A stretch of DNA of 64,000 nucleotides from a virus (lineage: Duplodnaviria; Caudoviricetes). The stretch is taken from the IMG/VR virus record IMGVR_UViG_3300043812_000026; one strand, 5' to 3'. The position numbers were made by a program, and so were the translations under genes. Positions 26,986 to 36,786 of this stretch are shown here, piece after piece. Below the pieces are notes generated by a model. That model ran no database searches, was not told the origin of the DNA, and saw only the letters and a list, made by a program, of their open reading frames with translations. How positions within the stretch are numbered: position 1 is the stretch's first letter; every line of letters begins with the position of its first letter.

Positions 26986-27570
26986 TTACTTTTCTTTATC
27001 TGTACTTACTGTTGCTGATTTAGTCTTTGAATCTACGGTTGGGCTTTGTGGGGCTGACGGCTTAGCTGGTTTGGTTGATGCAGATTCGCCATTTTCTTTT
27101 AAATCAGCTACTAATTCAGCAAGGGTTACCAAACGTGAGTCATAACCAGAAATGTTGTAAGTACCATGAATATGGGCTTCTAAAGCTTCTAACATAGGTT
27201 GCCCAGCATCTGTACCATAGTACTTAGATTTGCGTAATACGTGGTAAGCCTCAAATGGTTGTTGTTCTTTATGATCTTGTTTCCAGATAATTTCTTTCTT
27301 ATCTGCATCAGTTGTAACAACTAATTCACCCTTAGTTGGGTCACTAGCTTGTTCTAGCTTTTTGAGATGGTAGATGTCTGTACCAACGATTCCAAAAATT
27401 AATACGTCTGCACCGCGTGGATCAAATAAATCACCAAAGTCTGTAACATCTTTAATAACAACAAACTTCGTATTTAAATCACTTGCCTTTACCTTACTTG
27501 CCTTTACAATTAAATCTCTTAAAGCGTCATTACGAGCCTTTTCTGCTTTTTCTGCGGAATGTAATTCCAT
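26986..27570 (-). CDS. Putative virion protein
   Basis: Follows the sigma gene as in phage K; C-terminal PTVDSKTKSATVS matches the tail of 26370-26963; CTATATTA box upstream. Confidence 0.6.
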   Translation of the reverse strand: MELHSAEKAEKARNDALRDLIVKASKVKASDLNTKFVVIKDVTDFGDLFDPRGADVLIFGIVGTDIYHLKKLEQASDPTKGELVVTTDADKKEIIWKQDHKEQQPFEAYHVLRKSKYYGTDAGQPMLEALEAHIHGTYNISGYDSRLVTLAELVADLKENGESASTKPAKPSAPQSPTVDSKTKSATVSTDKEK

Positions 27571-27639
27571 GTTATTTCATCCTCTCTTTTGTTATCTTTT
27601 TCTAATATAGTTACTTTTAGCCTTATTATTAGAATTTGA

Positions 27640-28398
27640 TTAAAGATAAGCTCTCATTAGCTTAACTAAAGTACCATATTCTTTTTCTAATTCACTCTTA
27701 CTTAAACGATATTGTTCTTTTACTTTATCCTTTGCCTCTTTAGCTGTTAATCCGTCTTTAGCAATATAATCTACTAGAGAATGCAGTTCAGGGTCATTAT
27801 ATCCTTGGAGCTTAAAAGCAGAATGAATTTCAGCTAAGCTATTATCCATTTCATTGGTATTAGGTGTATCAATAGCCTCTGAAACAATTCCTCGAACTTT
27901 ACCGTCTTTACGTTGTACACGATTATACTTACTCTTACGTGAATAACTAAAAGTAACGGGAGCTTTTCCATATTGCAAATCCGCTATCTCTTCGACACTC
28001 TTGTTACCATCTTTTAAAGGCGTAATATGGGACTTATAGTCTTGAATAGAGTCTAAGTAGCTTCCTCTAATTCTTGTAGGAAGCATTTTAGCTATATAGC
28101 CCGGAAAGTCCATTCCATTGCTCATATCAAACTCTCTTACAAGGTCAATAAATACCTCAGTGATGTAAGCATATAAATCTTGTCTTTCAGCGTAGGTCAT
28201 ATTAATGTTACCGAACCTACGTCCCATGTTATGAATTAAGTTAGAATATTGTTTAATTAATTGTTCGTAGTCCCTTACAAAAGTAATGTTATGGTTGCTG
28301 TTACCAATATAAACACCGTTTAAGCTATTAAATACGTTTTTGTTATCAGTATTATATCCAGTAATCCGATCTTTTTTATTAATCTTTTTTCTTGCCAT
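27640..28398 (-). CDS. Phage RNA polymerase sigma factor
   Basis: Region-2-like ERQDLYAYITEVFIDLVREFD...DFPGYIAKML; two genes downstream of recA as in Twort-like phages. Confidence 0.8.
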   Translation of the reverse strand: MARKKINKKDRITGYNTDNKNVFNSLNGVYIGNSNHNITFVRDYEQLIKQYSNLIHNMGRRFGNINMTYAERQDLYAYITEVFIDLVREFDMSNGMDFPGYIAKMLPTRIRGSYLDSIQDYKSHITPLKDGNKSVEEIADLQYGKAPVTFSYSRKSKYNRVQRKDGKVRGIVSEAIDTPNTNEMDNSLAEIHSAFKLQGYNDPELHSLVDYIAKDGLTAKEAKDKVKEQYRLSKSELEKEYGTLVKLMRAYL

Positions 28399-28501
28399 TA
28401 AACGTAAAAATTCTCCTCTCTATTAATTATTTTAAAGTAAGAGGAGAATAAATAAATTTAAGTATAGAAAAAGACAGCTACAAATGTAACTGTCTCTTCT
28501 C

Positions 28502-28792
28502 TTAATCATATAATGATGATCCGTCTTCCCAACAAGACCTATCATCAAAGTCATGACAAATTAAAGAATTATAAGTAATTGTATAAGGCATCTTTTCACC
28601 TGTTGCTTTGTTTAATACATATCCATAAACAAAGTGAGGATAAAGTTTAGTGAAAGTAACTTTAGTTGCAGAGTCTGGAACATAGATATTATGTTCAACA
28701 ATCAAAGCTTGTTCACCGTTTTCAATATGCTTACGTAACTTTTCTTTAATAACACTAACTTGATCAATCAAGCCATTACTTAAATTTGTCAT
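28502..28792 (-). CDS. Conserved protein downstream of recA
   Basis: KLYPHFV...PYTITYNSL; AAAGGA RBS. Confidence 0.7.
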   Translation of the reverse strand: MTNLSNGLIDQVSVIKEKLRKHIENGEQALIVEHNIYVPDSATKVTFTKLYPHFVYGYVLNKATGEKMPYTITYNSLICHDFDDRSCWEDGSSLYD

Positions 28793-29933
28793 TAGCACCG
28801 TCCTTTAGCAAATTATATTGTTTCAGTACCTTAAGTACTTCTCTCTTTAGATCTTCAGTGTAGTGGCTTCCCTTATATGGTATACGTATTAATTGTACAC
28901 CATGTTTCTTACAAAGAATATCTTTATTTTTATCTCTTAATTTATTTTTTATAAGGTTATTATTAAAATAGTTGATATTTTTAGAGTGTTGTAAACCGTC
29001 TATCTCTATGGCAATTTTTTTGTCTGGGAAATAGAAGTCTAAATGTTGGGGGCCTTTATATCGAAGCCACCAAAAATGTTGATGGTATTTATAATTAACC
29101 TTTAATTGATCCAACAAGTGTCTTACAATAGGTTCCGAATTAGTACGACTAGCCGTTCCACATCTATCACATCCATAGCCACTTAATAGATTATTAGGAG
29201 TTGTTTCCCATATATGACCACATTTTAAGTGCTTAATTTCTAACTTAGTAAATCTATTAATATAAGTCCCTAATACTAGATATATCCCGGACCCATATTT
29301 TAAGTCTAAATCTTTTTGAAAGTCTGCTGTAGTTTTTTTATATGCTTTATGTTGTATAGGACATCTATTACCTCTAATAAAGTCCCTAGGGCGCACCCAA
29401 TATACATATCCACATTTATTATGTTTAATCTTAATTTTTGTACCCGAATTTACATAGGTTCCTAATACACTATATTCGTCCCCAGTAAGATCTTTTACTT
29501 TTTCCTTAAACCAAGCAGTTGTATGGGTTCTATCAGCTCTTGCACACTTTGAACATCTACTACCCGCTAAGAATGATTGAGGATTAACCCAATATACATA
29601 TCCACATTTATTATGTTTAATCTTAATTTTAGTGCGAGCATTTTTATAAGGAGTAATAATGGTATACTCATTGCCTACTTCTTGGTAGAATTCTTTAGCA
29701 TATTCGTCAGCACTTTTTGTTTTAGTCTTTGAAATCCTTTTTGGCGCACACTTTGGGCAACGAGTACCATTATAAAAATTAGACGGGAGTACTTGATATA
29801 CGTATCCACACTTATTGTGCTTTAATGTCACTTTAGTAGTTCGATTAATATATTCACCAATAAGACTATAATCGTTACCTACTAAATTATATATTTTTTG
29901 TTTAAATTCTGCCGTAGTTAGCCTTTTACTCAT
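28776..29933 (-). CDS. Putative free-standing homing endonuclease: four Zn-ribbon repeats plus a C-terminal PD-(D/E)XK/Vsr-like domain
   Basis: 4x Y.N..TK...KH.KCG.....P.....G..C repeats; LDFYFPDKKIAIEIDGLQH. Confidence 0.75.
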   Translation of the reverse strand: MSKRLTTAEFKQKIYNLVGNDYSLIGEYINRTTKVTLKHNKCGYVYQVLPSNFYNGTRCPKCAPKRISKTKTKSADEYAKEFYQEVGNEYTIITPYKNARTKIKIKHNKCGYVYWVNPQSFLAGSRCSKCARADRTHTTAWFKEKVKDLTGDEYSVLGTYVNSGTKIKIKHNKCGYVYWVRPRDFIRGNRCPIQHKAYKKTTADFQKDLDLKYGSGIYLVLGTYINRFTKLEIKHLKCGHIWETTPNNLLSGYGCDRCGTASRTNSEPIVRHLLDQLKVNYKYHQHFWWLRYKGPQHLDFYFPDKKIAIEIDGLQHSKNINYFNNNLIKNKLRDKNKDILCKKHGVQLIRIPYKGSHYTEDLKREVLKVLKQYNLLKDGANDKFK

Positions 29934-29982
29934 GGTGTTAATGCAAATATAGCCACAGCTTAGTGTGACTATTTCCTTTCTA

Positions 29983-31233
29983 TTAAATTAAGTCCTTAAC
30001 TTCATTAGCAATATCATCTGGAATATTACCTGCTTGTAGTTCTTCTTTAAAGTGCTTGTAATTATAGTGTTGCTGTTCTTCGGGTAATTGTTCTTGTTGT
30101 TGTACATAGTAAGCACGTAAGCCTTTAATCATAGGGAAGTCTTGTTCGTGCATGAATAGGCTTGTGTTAAATAAAGGTGGGTAGCACTTAGGGAAATACA
30201 TTAGTAATAAACGTTGCCAGATTTCATCTCTAATGGCTTGGTTTTCTGGTTTCTTTAACTTTTGTACTAAGTTATATACATTACTACCCTTAATTTCGTC
30301 CCCATTATCGTTAACATACTTAGGAGAACGTCCCGTAGTAATAAGGCCATTTTCTTGGGCAGAGTTTACTAAGTTATATTCAAAGTCATAACCAGACTCA
30401 CCGATAATACACATGGTAAAGTCAGAACCCCAGTTATCACCGACTTTGGACTTAACAACCTTAACTCTAGTAGTAGTACCAATTGGCTCCGTATCTGTAG
30501 ATTTAGCTTTAAGCTTACCAGATTGGGCAAGACTAATATTAGTAGATAAAAGGTGTTCCCACCCTTTACCCCCTACAGTTTTAACAGAAGCATAACGGGG
30601 ATTCATAGCATTAAAATCATCACGTGCTTGATTAATCGCCAGTAAAGTACCATTGTTATGAATAAGGTTAACCTGTAGCTTACGTCCTACAGTCGCAAGA
30701 GCCTTAGCTTGTTGTCCCACTACTTGATTACCTAATTCGGTATTAGTTTGCATTTCAGAGTCTGAGATAGCGACACTATCCCAGATAAACAATACTTGTT
30801 GGTTAGGATCAGCTTCATAAACCTTAGCTAGTGTATCAATAATAGTCTTACCAATTTCTTCAATAGATAATTCTTGCATGGTCCCATCTTTTTTACGGGT
30901 AGTGGTATATGTAAGAACTTTAGAAGTATCGACACCAAGAGCTTCAAGACGAGAATTATTTTGTGTACCTTCTAAGTCAAAGTAAACTACAATGGCTCCC
31001 ATCTTAATTGCATTTTTCATAACATTGCCAGAGAAGGTACTTTTACCAGACGAGGGTTTCCCGAAAGCTTGAGAAACTCTACCGGAAGCTGGAACACCAC
31101 CTACCATATTATAATCAAAGACAGGGATTAAAGTTGGGTACCAGTCCATAATTTCACCACTGTCCGTTTGGTTAAAGGTAGTGAGCTTAGGATCTTTATT
31201 AAGTTCTCCAATAATATCAGTAATTTTAGACAA
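29983..31233 (-). CDS. recA: RecA/UvsX-like recombinase
   Basis: Walker A GKPSSGKST, Walker B FIWDSVA, INQAR, GGKGWEH, VVKSKV. Confidence 0.93.
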   Translation of the reverse strand: MSKITDIIGELNKDPKLTTFNQTDSGEIMDWYPTLIPVFDYNMVGGVPASGRVSQAFGKPSSGKSTFSGNVMKNAIKMGAIVVYFDLEGTQNNSRLEALGVDTSKVLTYTTTRKKDGTMQELSIEEIGKTIIDTLAKVYEADPNQQVLFIWDSVAISDSEMQTNTELGNQVVGQQAKALATVGRKLQVNLIHNNGTLLAINQARDDFNAMNPRYASVKTVGGKGWEHLLSTNISLAQSGKLKAKSTDTEPIGTTTRVKVVKSKVGDNWGSDFTMCIIGESGYDFEYNLVNSAQENGLITTGRSPKYVNDNGDEIKGSNVYNLVQKLKKPENQAIRDEIWQRLLLMYFPKCYPPLFNTSLFMHEQDFPMIKGLRAYYVQQQEQLPEEQQHYNYKHFKEELQAGNIPDDIANEVKDLI

Positions 31234-31248
31234 AGCAATCTCTCCTTA

Positions 31249-32619
31249 TTACTTTAAGTTGGCTAAGAATGAGTCAACATCAGAACTAGCGTTTAAGTTA
31301 GCTAATGGATCTGGTGTTGTATTCATTTGTGGTTGTTGGGTAGGGGTAGTTGGTTGTACTGGAGCTTGACTAGCTGGTGCAGGTTCTTGCATATCAGCAG
31401 AGTTAGGGAAAGGCATACTCAAATCGCTCTCTGGAGTGTCTGTAGTAGGTTGTGAGAATGGATTAGTGAAATCCCCTTGTTCTGGTGTAGAAGAGCTTAC
31501 AGGAGCTTGTGTTGATTGTGGTGCTGGTTGTGCTGGGGCTGTAGGTTGAGTAAAGTTAGAAGCAGGCTGACCAGTCATGTTAGCAACAACATCTACCTTT
31601 TGGGCTTGAGGTTGAGTAGGTGCAGTAGGTTGTGTGTTATTCATAGGTGCTTGTGGAGCTGGTTGACCAGTCGTAGGGGCTTGATTATTAGCAGGAGCAG
31701 TAGATGTTTGATTTTGATTAGGGAATGGCAAATCACTTGCGCCTACTTGTGGAGCTTGATTAAAGCTAGCACCTGTAGCATATGGGTTAGAACTTACTTG
31801 AGCCATTTGTGTGTTGTAGGATTGGGTAAGTTGCTTAAGGACGATTTGGTAGAAGTTAGGATCGGATTCAATTAAAGGCTTAGCTTCCTTTTCAATATCA
31901 TCTACATACTTCATATTACCTTGAGCATCACGTTCTAAGTAGTTAAAGTTCATAGCAGGTAAGATCATAGCTTGGTTAACACTAGCATTCCAACTACCTA
32001 CACCACCATTAGGAGCGTCAACAAACTTAGCGCTAACAGGCATTGTTTCTTTAGCAGTCATGAATTGTGCTTGGTCAGTAAACATTGGTTGACCAGTCCG
32101 TGCATTCATATAAGGCATTTCTGGAGTAAGCAAGGAAGAAATAGCATACATACCAGAGTAGCTAATTTGATAAGCTTCTACAGCAGGGCGACCTTGGTTA
32201 TCTACCGCTTGAGCATAAGTACCATTTTGGTTAGTAACGGGAACACCAAGAAAGTAAGCACGTGTACGAACAGATAGTGGGAAACGTCCAGAAGCTAATT
32301 TAATAGTATCTACTGCATAACCTTTTTCGTCCTTAGCACCTTTGTCTTTATTGAATTGAATAACCGTATTAAGAAGTTTAGCTAATTGATCATTTTGATT
32401 GCTAGGGTCAATAATTACTGGTAAGGCTGTAACACTGCCATCTTTCTTAGTAAAGCTAACCCATGCTTCACGGAATTGAACAAACGGAAATCCTCCGTTT
32501 TCTAATGGTAAGATACGACCAAAAAATGCTTGCTTTTTGCCAAGGGTAGTAGGACGAAAGTTGTTTTCGTTGCTGTTTGAGTTAAGTTGGTTAATTGCGT
32601 CTGCGAAATTCATTGCCAT
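31249..32619 (-). CDS. ssb: Single-stranded DNA-binding protein with long Q/P/T-rich tail
   Basis: RILP N-terminal motif; upstream of recA as in Twort-like phages; C-terminus DVDSFLANLK. Confidence 0.7.
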   Translation of the reverse strand: MAMNFADAINQLNSNSNENNFRPTTLGKKQAFFGRILPLENGGFPFVQFREAWVSFTKKDGSVTALPVIIDPSNQNDQLAKLLNTVIQFNKDKGAKDEKGYAVDTIKLASGRFPLSVRTRAYFLGVPVTNQNGTYAQAVDNQGRPAVEAYQISYSGMYAISSLLTPEMPYMNARTGQPMFTDQAQFMTAKETMPVSAKFVDAPNGGVGSWNASVNQAMILPAMNFNYLERDAQGNMKYVDDIEKEAKPLIESDPNFYQIVLKQLTQSYNTQMAQVSSNPYATGASFNQAPQVGASDLPFPNQNQTSTAPANNQAPTTGQPAPQAPMNNTQPTAPTQPQAQKVDVVANMTGQPASNFTQPTAPAQPAPQSTQAPVSSSTPEQGDFTNPFSQPTTDTPESDLSMPFPNSADMQEPAPASQAPVQPTTPTQQPQMNTTPDPLANLNASSDVDSFLANLK

Positions 32620-32876
32620 TAGTTGTTTCCTCCGTTGTTCTTTTCTTCTGTATCATCTTCATTTAAGGTGTCATACATAGCACCAATAGTTTCTAGTAGT
32701 CCTTTTTTAGAAAGACCATAACGTTGCATAGTGTTTACAAAGCCTACTGTAAAGTCACTTAGCATATCACTAGCATTTTTACCCTGTTTAGGGTAATCTT
32801 CAAACAAAACATTAGTTAGAAGATTGCCCTTATTGTCGTCTTTACTAACAACGACAATTCTGCGTTCTTTTTCCAT
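32619..32876 (-). CDS. Hypothetical protein
   Basis: 85 aa, AAGGAG RBS. Confidence 0.75.
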   Translation of the reverse strand: MEKERRIVVVSKDDNKGNLLTNVLFEDYPKQGKNASDMLSDFTVGFVNTMQRYGLSKKGLLETIGAMYDTLNEDDTEEKNNGGNN

Positions 32877-33586
32877 TAGGCTACTCCTTTCACTCGTTTA
32901 TCATGCAGTCGGTTAAACTCATTAAGACTTAATTTTCCTAGGTTAACAAGCTCATTTTCAATCTTATCTAAGACCATGTTTTTATCATCTACATTATTAA
33001 CAAAATCTACATTATCTAAATCTAATTTGAGAACTGGAGTATTACCATAAGAGTTATACCAGTCTCGGTAGATGTTCCATACAGACTTATAATACTCTGT
33101 TAGCTTAGGGTCTGTAGTTTCCATTTCCCGCCCACGTTTAGCAATATTACTCAACATTTGTTCAAATGGTGCTTCGAGATAGATAATTAAATCTGGACCC
33201 ATGAAAGGATGACCTGCTACGTTACGTTGCATAATATTATTAAGACGTAAGTAGTCCTTATAAAGAATCTCTGGGAATTCACCACGATTATAAAGGTTAT
33301 GACTCATAATCCCGTCACTAATAAGCGAAGAATCATAGACAGTATTTGTAATACCTTCTAGTCCTAAATGAACACCTTCCATAAGTTGCTCATATCGGTA
33401 ATCCAGAAATTCAATCTGAACTACGAATGATTTAAGCTCTCGTGAAATCTTACCATCCTCATAAAAACTATTTAATAATGGAATCTTTTCGGGTTCTTCT
33501 AAAAATGCAGGTGTACCTAAATCCTTAGATAAAATCTTAGCTAAACTTGTCTTACCGATACCGATCGGTGCGTTAATATAAATAAT
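32876..33586 (-). CDS. Deoxynucleoside kinase (dNK family) with non-canonical start
   Basis: Frame extends upstream of the track ORF to IYINAPIGIGKTSLAK (P-loop); PDLIIYLEA, IAKRGREME. Confidence 0.85.
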   Translation of the reverse strand: MIYINAPIGIGKTSLAKILSKDLGTPAFLEEPEKIPLLNSFYEDGKISRELKSFVVQIEFLDYRYEQLMEGVHLGLEGITNTVYDSSLISDGIMSHNLYNRGEFPEILYKDYLRLNNIMQRNVAGHPFMGPDLIIYLEAPFEQMLSNIAKRGREMETTDPKLTEYYKSVWNIYRDWYNSYGNTPVLKLDLDNVDFVNNVDDKNMVLDKIENELVNLGKLSLNEFNRLHDKRVKGVA

Positions 33587-33625
33587 TAAAATCCACTCCC
33601 TGTTTCTAATACAAGATATTACCTG

Positions 33626-34183
33626 TTATTTATTTTCAAGACTAATTATAAACAATACATAGTAGCCTAACAAGTCTTGTATAGTATCTGCGAGTGATTC
33701 ATCTTTTACTTTGACTGTTTTGTTACTATTAATTAGATTATCTAGTCGATTACACTTGTCTAAAATTCGCACTGAAAACGCTGGAATAGCACCTAGAATA
33801 TCTGCCACCTTTTGATAGCTAGAACCATAATCATGGTTCTTCTTAATTAGTAGCTTTTTAGTAGCAGTAGTAATAGTGCTTAAAGCCTCTACAAAGGTGG
33901 AGTTATCACTATCTGGTAAAACGCCCTCGTAGGCTAGGGCATAAATAAATCCTCGGGAACAATAATCTTTAATCATTTCAACCTGTTGATATTCTTTAAA
34001 AGTATCTTGTTGAAGATCTCGCACTAGGGTTTTACCTTCTTCACTTATTAACTTAGCAACTAGATTATCAACATTTCCTACATGACGATTAAGCACTAAC
34101 TGTTCAGAGTCTTTTAAATCTAGGGTTAAATTATAAATATTATTACAAATATCTTTTACTTTAGTTTCAAAATTATTAGCCAT
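33626..34183 (-). CDS. Nucleotide-modification-associated domain 1 (DUF1599-like) protein
   Basis: KKNHDYGSSY...RILDKCNRL...DESLADTIQDLLGY. Confidence 0.75.
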   Translation of the reverse strand: MANNFETKVKDICNNIYNLTLDLKDSEQLVLNRHVGNVDNLVAKLISEEGKTLVRDLQQDTFKEYQQVEMIKDYCSRGFIYALAYEGVLPDSDNSTFVEALSTITTATKKLLIKKNHDYGSSYQKVADILGAIPAFSVRILDKCNRLDNLINSNKTVKVKDESLADTIQDLLGYYVLFIISLENK

Positions 34184-34667
34184 TAAATCCTCCTTGTGGG
34201 ATCATTTTTTGCTGTTGTCGTTGGTTAGCACTAATGCTTTGCATCATATCAGCTTTATTTTCAATTGCCTTGGTTAACCAGTTAAGACATCTAAATTGAT
34301 AATCAGCTAGATTTCGTTGCTTATTCAATTCAACATATTTAGGATCAGATTGAATTGCCGTAGCAAGCATAGACTCGGGTGGTTTACGCCCGCCATTAAA
34401 CTTTTTAAGGCTTTCATCTTGCACGTATTGGATATATAGAGTTCCCTTTAGAGCATCTAATTGTGTATCTAAGTCTTTAGCCTCTAATCGTTTACGCTCT
34501 GCAAGTCTAGCCACTAAGTAATAGATATTGGGGTTGTTTTGCATTTCTTCAACTAATTTATTAGTATCAAAATTAAGAATTTGTTCTGGTACTAAAGTTT
34601 TAAGTTCCCCATTCATGTCTACATATTGTAGAGGACGCAGGGCATCCTTGATAATATCCGCTGTCAT
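34176..34667 (-). CDS. UvsY-like recombination mediator
   Basis: Coiled coil; KAIENKADMMQSISANQR; synteny with ssb and recA. Confidence 0.6.
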   Translation of the reverse strand: MTADIIKDALRPLQYVDMNGELKTLVPEQILNFDTNKLVEEMQNNPNIYYLVARLAERKRLEAKDLDTQLDALKGTLYIQYVQDESLKKFNGGRKPPESMLATAIQSDPKYVELNKQRNLADYQFRCLNWLTKAIENKADMMQSISANQRQQQKMIPQGGFNG

Positions 34668-34669
34668 AT

Positions 34670-34960
34670 TTACACTTCCTCTCCTTCATCCGCATAGCTA
34701 ATTAAGCAACCATTACGATAATAAGTATTCTGTTTACTTAAAGCATAACGAATGCTAGATTCTGGAACGTTAATATAACGAGCAGTTTCTCGAATACTAG
34801 GATAATAGAAGTCTTGTCCTTGAAACGTTACCTTAACTTTCTTAGGGTTGTTCTTTTCACCATATGGAATAGGGGCAGTTTGTGCTTTAACCCATTCCAT
34901 TACTTTATCTAATTTAGATTGAGCAATCTTGAATTCTTGCATTACTGCGCACTCATTCAT
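34670..34960 (-). CDS. NUMOD1-like HTH DNA-binding protein
   Basis: YPSIRETARYINVPESSIRYAL; AAAGGAAG RBS; own promoter TTGCAA-N17-CATAAT. Confidence 0.6.
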   Translation of the reverse strand: MNECAVMQEFKIAQSKLDKVMEWVKAQTAPIPYGEKNNPKKVKVTFQGQDFYYPSIRETARYINVPESSIRYALSKQNTYYRNGCLISYADEGEEV

Positions 34961-35090
34961 GTGTCTGTCTTCCTTTCTGCCCAAAGGTTTACGCATTTCT
35001 GCGCATCTAATCTTGCGCACCTCTTATTATGAACTAAAAGTGTAAGGATTGCAATAGAAAAATAAAAAAAGACAGGCTAAATTAACCCGT

Positions 35091-35405
35091 CTAGTATTGG
35101 TGGCTATCTTCTATTTCTTTTAATTGCTTAAGAGCTTTAAACTTAAACCGAAGTCTTTTTGGTACTGTTACATACTTAGAACCTTTACCCATTCCTCGGT
35201 AGTGTTTGTGACTAGGGCGAATAGTAGGTTCGATAATAAACAACTTACCAATTTTAATTCGTTGTTCTGTGTCTAAACCATAGGCAATTACTTCTGATTG
35301 AAGATTTAATACCTTTTGTATGTCTTTTAATTTTAAGCTAGGATCTCTGAATTTAATTAGCCTAGCTAAATCTGTTGTATTAAGTGTTTCCACGTCTTTT
35401 TTCAT
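35091..35405 (-). CDS. HU/IHF-like DNA-binding protein
   Basis: RIKIGKLFIIE...VPKRLRFKFKALKQLK. Confidence 0.75.
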   Translation of the reverse strand: MKKDVETLNTTDLARLIKFRDPSLKLKDIQKVLNLQSEVIAYGLDTEQRIKIGKLFIIEPTIRPSHKHYRGMGKGSKYVTVPKRLRFKFKALKQLKEIEDSHQY

Positions 35406-35450
35406 TTTAGTTTGTCCTTATAACATATTAGACAACGAATGATATAAGGT

Positions 35451-36062
35451 CTATTTATATTTCTTAATTAAGTACTTACTTAGTTTTTGGTGTTCTGCTT
35501 CACTAGAGTAACTAAGATATAGCTGAATAGTCCAGCGGGCTAGAATTTCATGTAGAGTATCAAAATAAGCCTCTTTTAAGTCTTGAGTAGCGTCATCGTT
35601 AAATTCAAGATAAACCCGATCTGCAATGAATCTAGCATCTTCTATATCAAATAGCAAAGGAGTAATCCTTGTATCTTCTGTAATGTTTGGTACATAAATA
35701 GCAGTAGTCCCAACCTCAGAAGCAGTGTTCATATTATCTAATTCTGCTTGGCTAAAGTTATGAAGTCGGTACATATAAATAGCTTTTCGATTAGATCCAA
35801 TAGCTAAAAAGACGCTCATTGGAATTAAGTCATTAGTAACATAAATGATATGGTCTTGACTCTTATATACTTTATGGTTAAGCAATAAGTCGTCACTTGT
35901 ACCATCAATTACGTAATAGTGTTCTTGATCGTCATTTAGACAAGCTAAGACTTTCTCCTTGTTTTTAGCATTAACTTTTACATAATCACGTTTCTTATCA
36001 TAAAAGTTTAGGTTTAATACCCGAAAAGTATTATCAATATTTAATTGTCTTTGTAAACGCAA
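35451..36062 (-). CDS. Conserved hypothetical protein
   Basis: 203 aa, upstream of the HU-like gene as in phage K. Confidence 0.7.
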   Translation of the reverse strand: MRLQRQLNIDNTFRVLNLNFYDKKRDYVKVNAKNKEKVLACLNDDQEHYYVIDGTSDDLLLNHKVYKSQDHIIYVTNDLIPMSVFLAIGSNRKAIYMYRLHNFSQAELDNMNTASEVGTTAIYVPNITEDTRITPLLFDIEDARFIADRVYLEFNDDATQDLKEAYFDTLHEILARWTIQLYLSYSSEAEHQKLSKYLIKKYK

Positions 36063-36067
36063 TTTAA

Positions 36068-36712
36068 TTAAACCTCGTCAATTAATTTATTTAAATCCAC
36101 TTCTTTATGCTTTACCTCATGAGTATTTAGGCTATCCCAGTTAAAACTTTTATATTGTTGATACATAAACTCTGGGTCTAGGCTCATAAAGTTATCTAAA
36201 GTGGTAACAATCATATTATACCGATTAACGGTCTCTGTACGCTCTTGTGTATAGCTAATCATTGTAGCCAATACATTATCATGGTCTTTAGCTAAAACTT
36301 GATATACACTTGCTTTGAAAGGAAATAGAGCATAGTCATTTTCTCGCTTAATATGAATAATTAAACATGGTACTGTATGACCAACCCCACCTAATCTGCT
36401 AGAGTCTGTAGTTACCTGTTCCATAAAACTAGGAATTTCACCATTAGAATTAAAGAATTGAGTAAACTTAACAGAGTCATGATTCTTTAGTTCATAATTA
36501 AAGATACTCATTGGGTGATCTGCTGGAAAGAATAAATCACCAACAAAACCCATATTCCCTGTTTGATCAGAATGGTTGTACTGGGTTTCAATTCCTCTTG
36601 TTGCCCCAGAATAAGCAGTACGACTTACATTAGTCTTATAGTGTAATGAAAACTTTTTAGCTACTTTTCTTTCGAAGACCTTGCCTTTAGATTGTTTTCC
36701 CCTACCGTCCAT
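36068..36712 (-). CDS. Holliday junction resolvase
   Basis: SKGKVFERKVAK...RTAYSGA...GDL...YELKNH (PD-(D/E)XK). Confidence 0.85.
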   Translation of the reverse strand: MDGRGKQSKGKVFERKVAKKFSLHYKTNVSRTAYSGATRGIETQYNHSDQTGNMGFVGDLFFPADHPMSIFNYELKNHDSVKFTQFFNSNGEIPSFMEQVTTDSSRLGGVGHTVPCLIIHIKRENDYALFPFKASVYQVLAKDHDNVLATMISYTQERTETVNRYNMIVTTLDNFMSLDPEFMYQQYKSFNWDSLNTHEVKHKEVDLNKLIDEV

Positions 36713-36786
36713 TTATTATCACCTATTTGTAATATAGTTTTGTTTCTTTAATGAAAAAGACTAACATAATTGTTAGCCTAATCATA

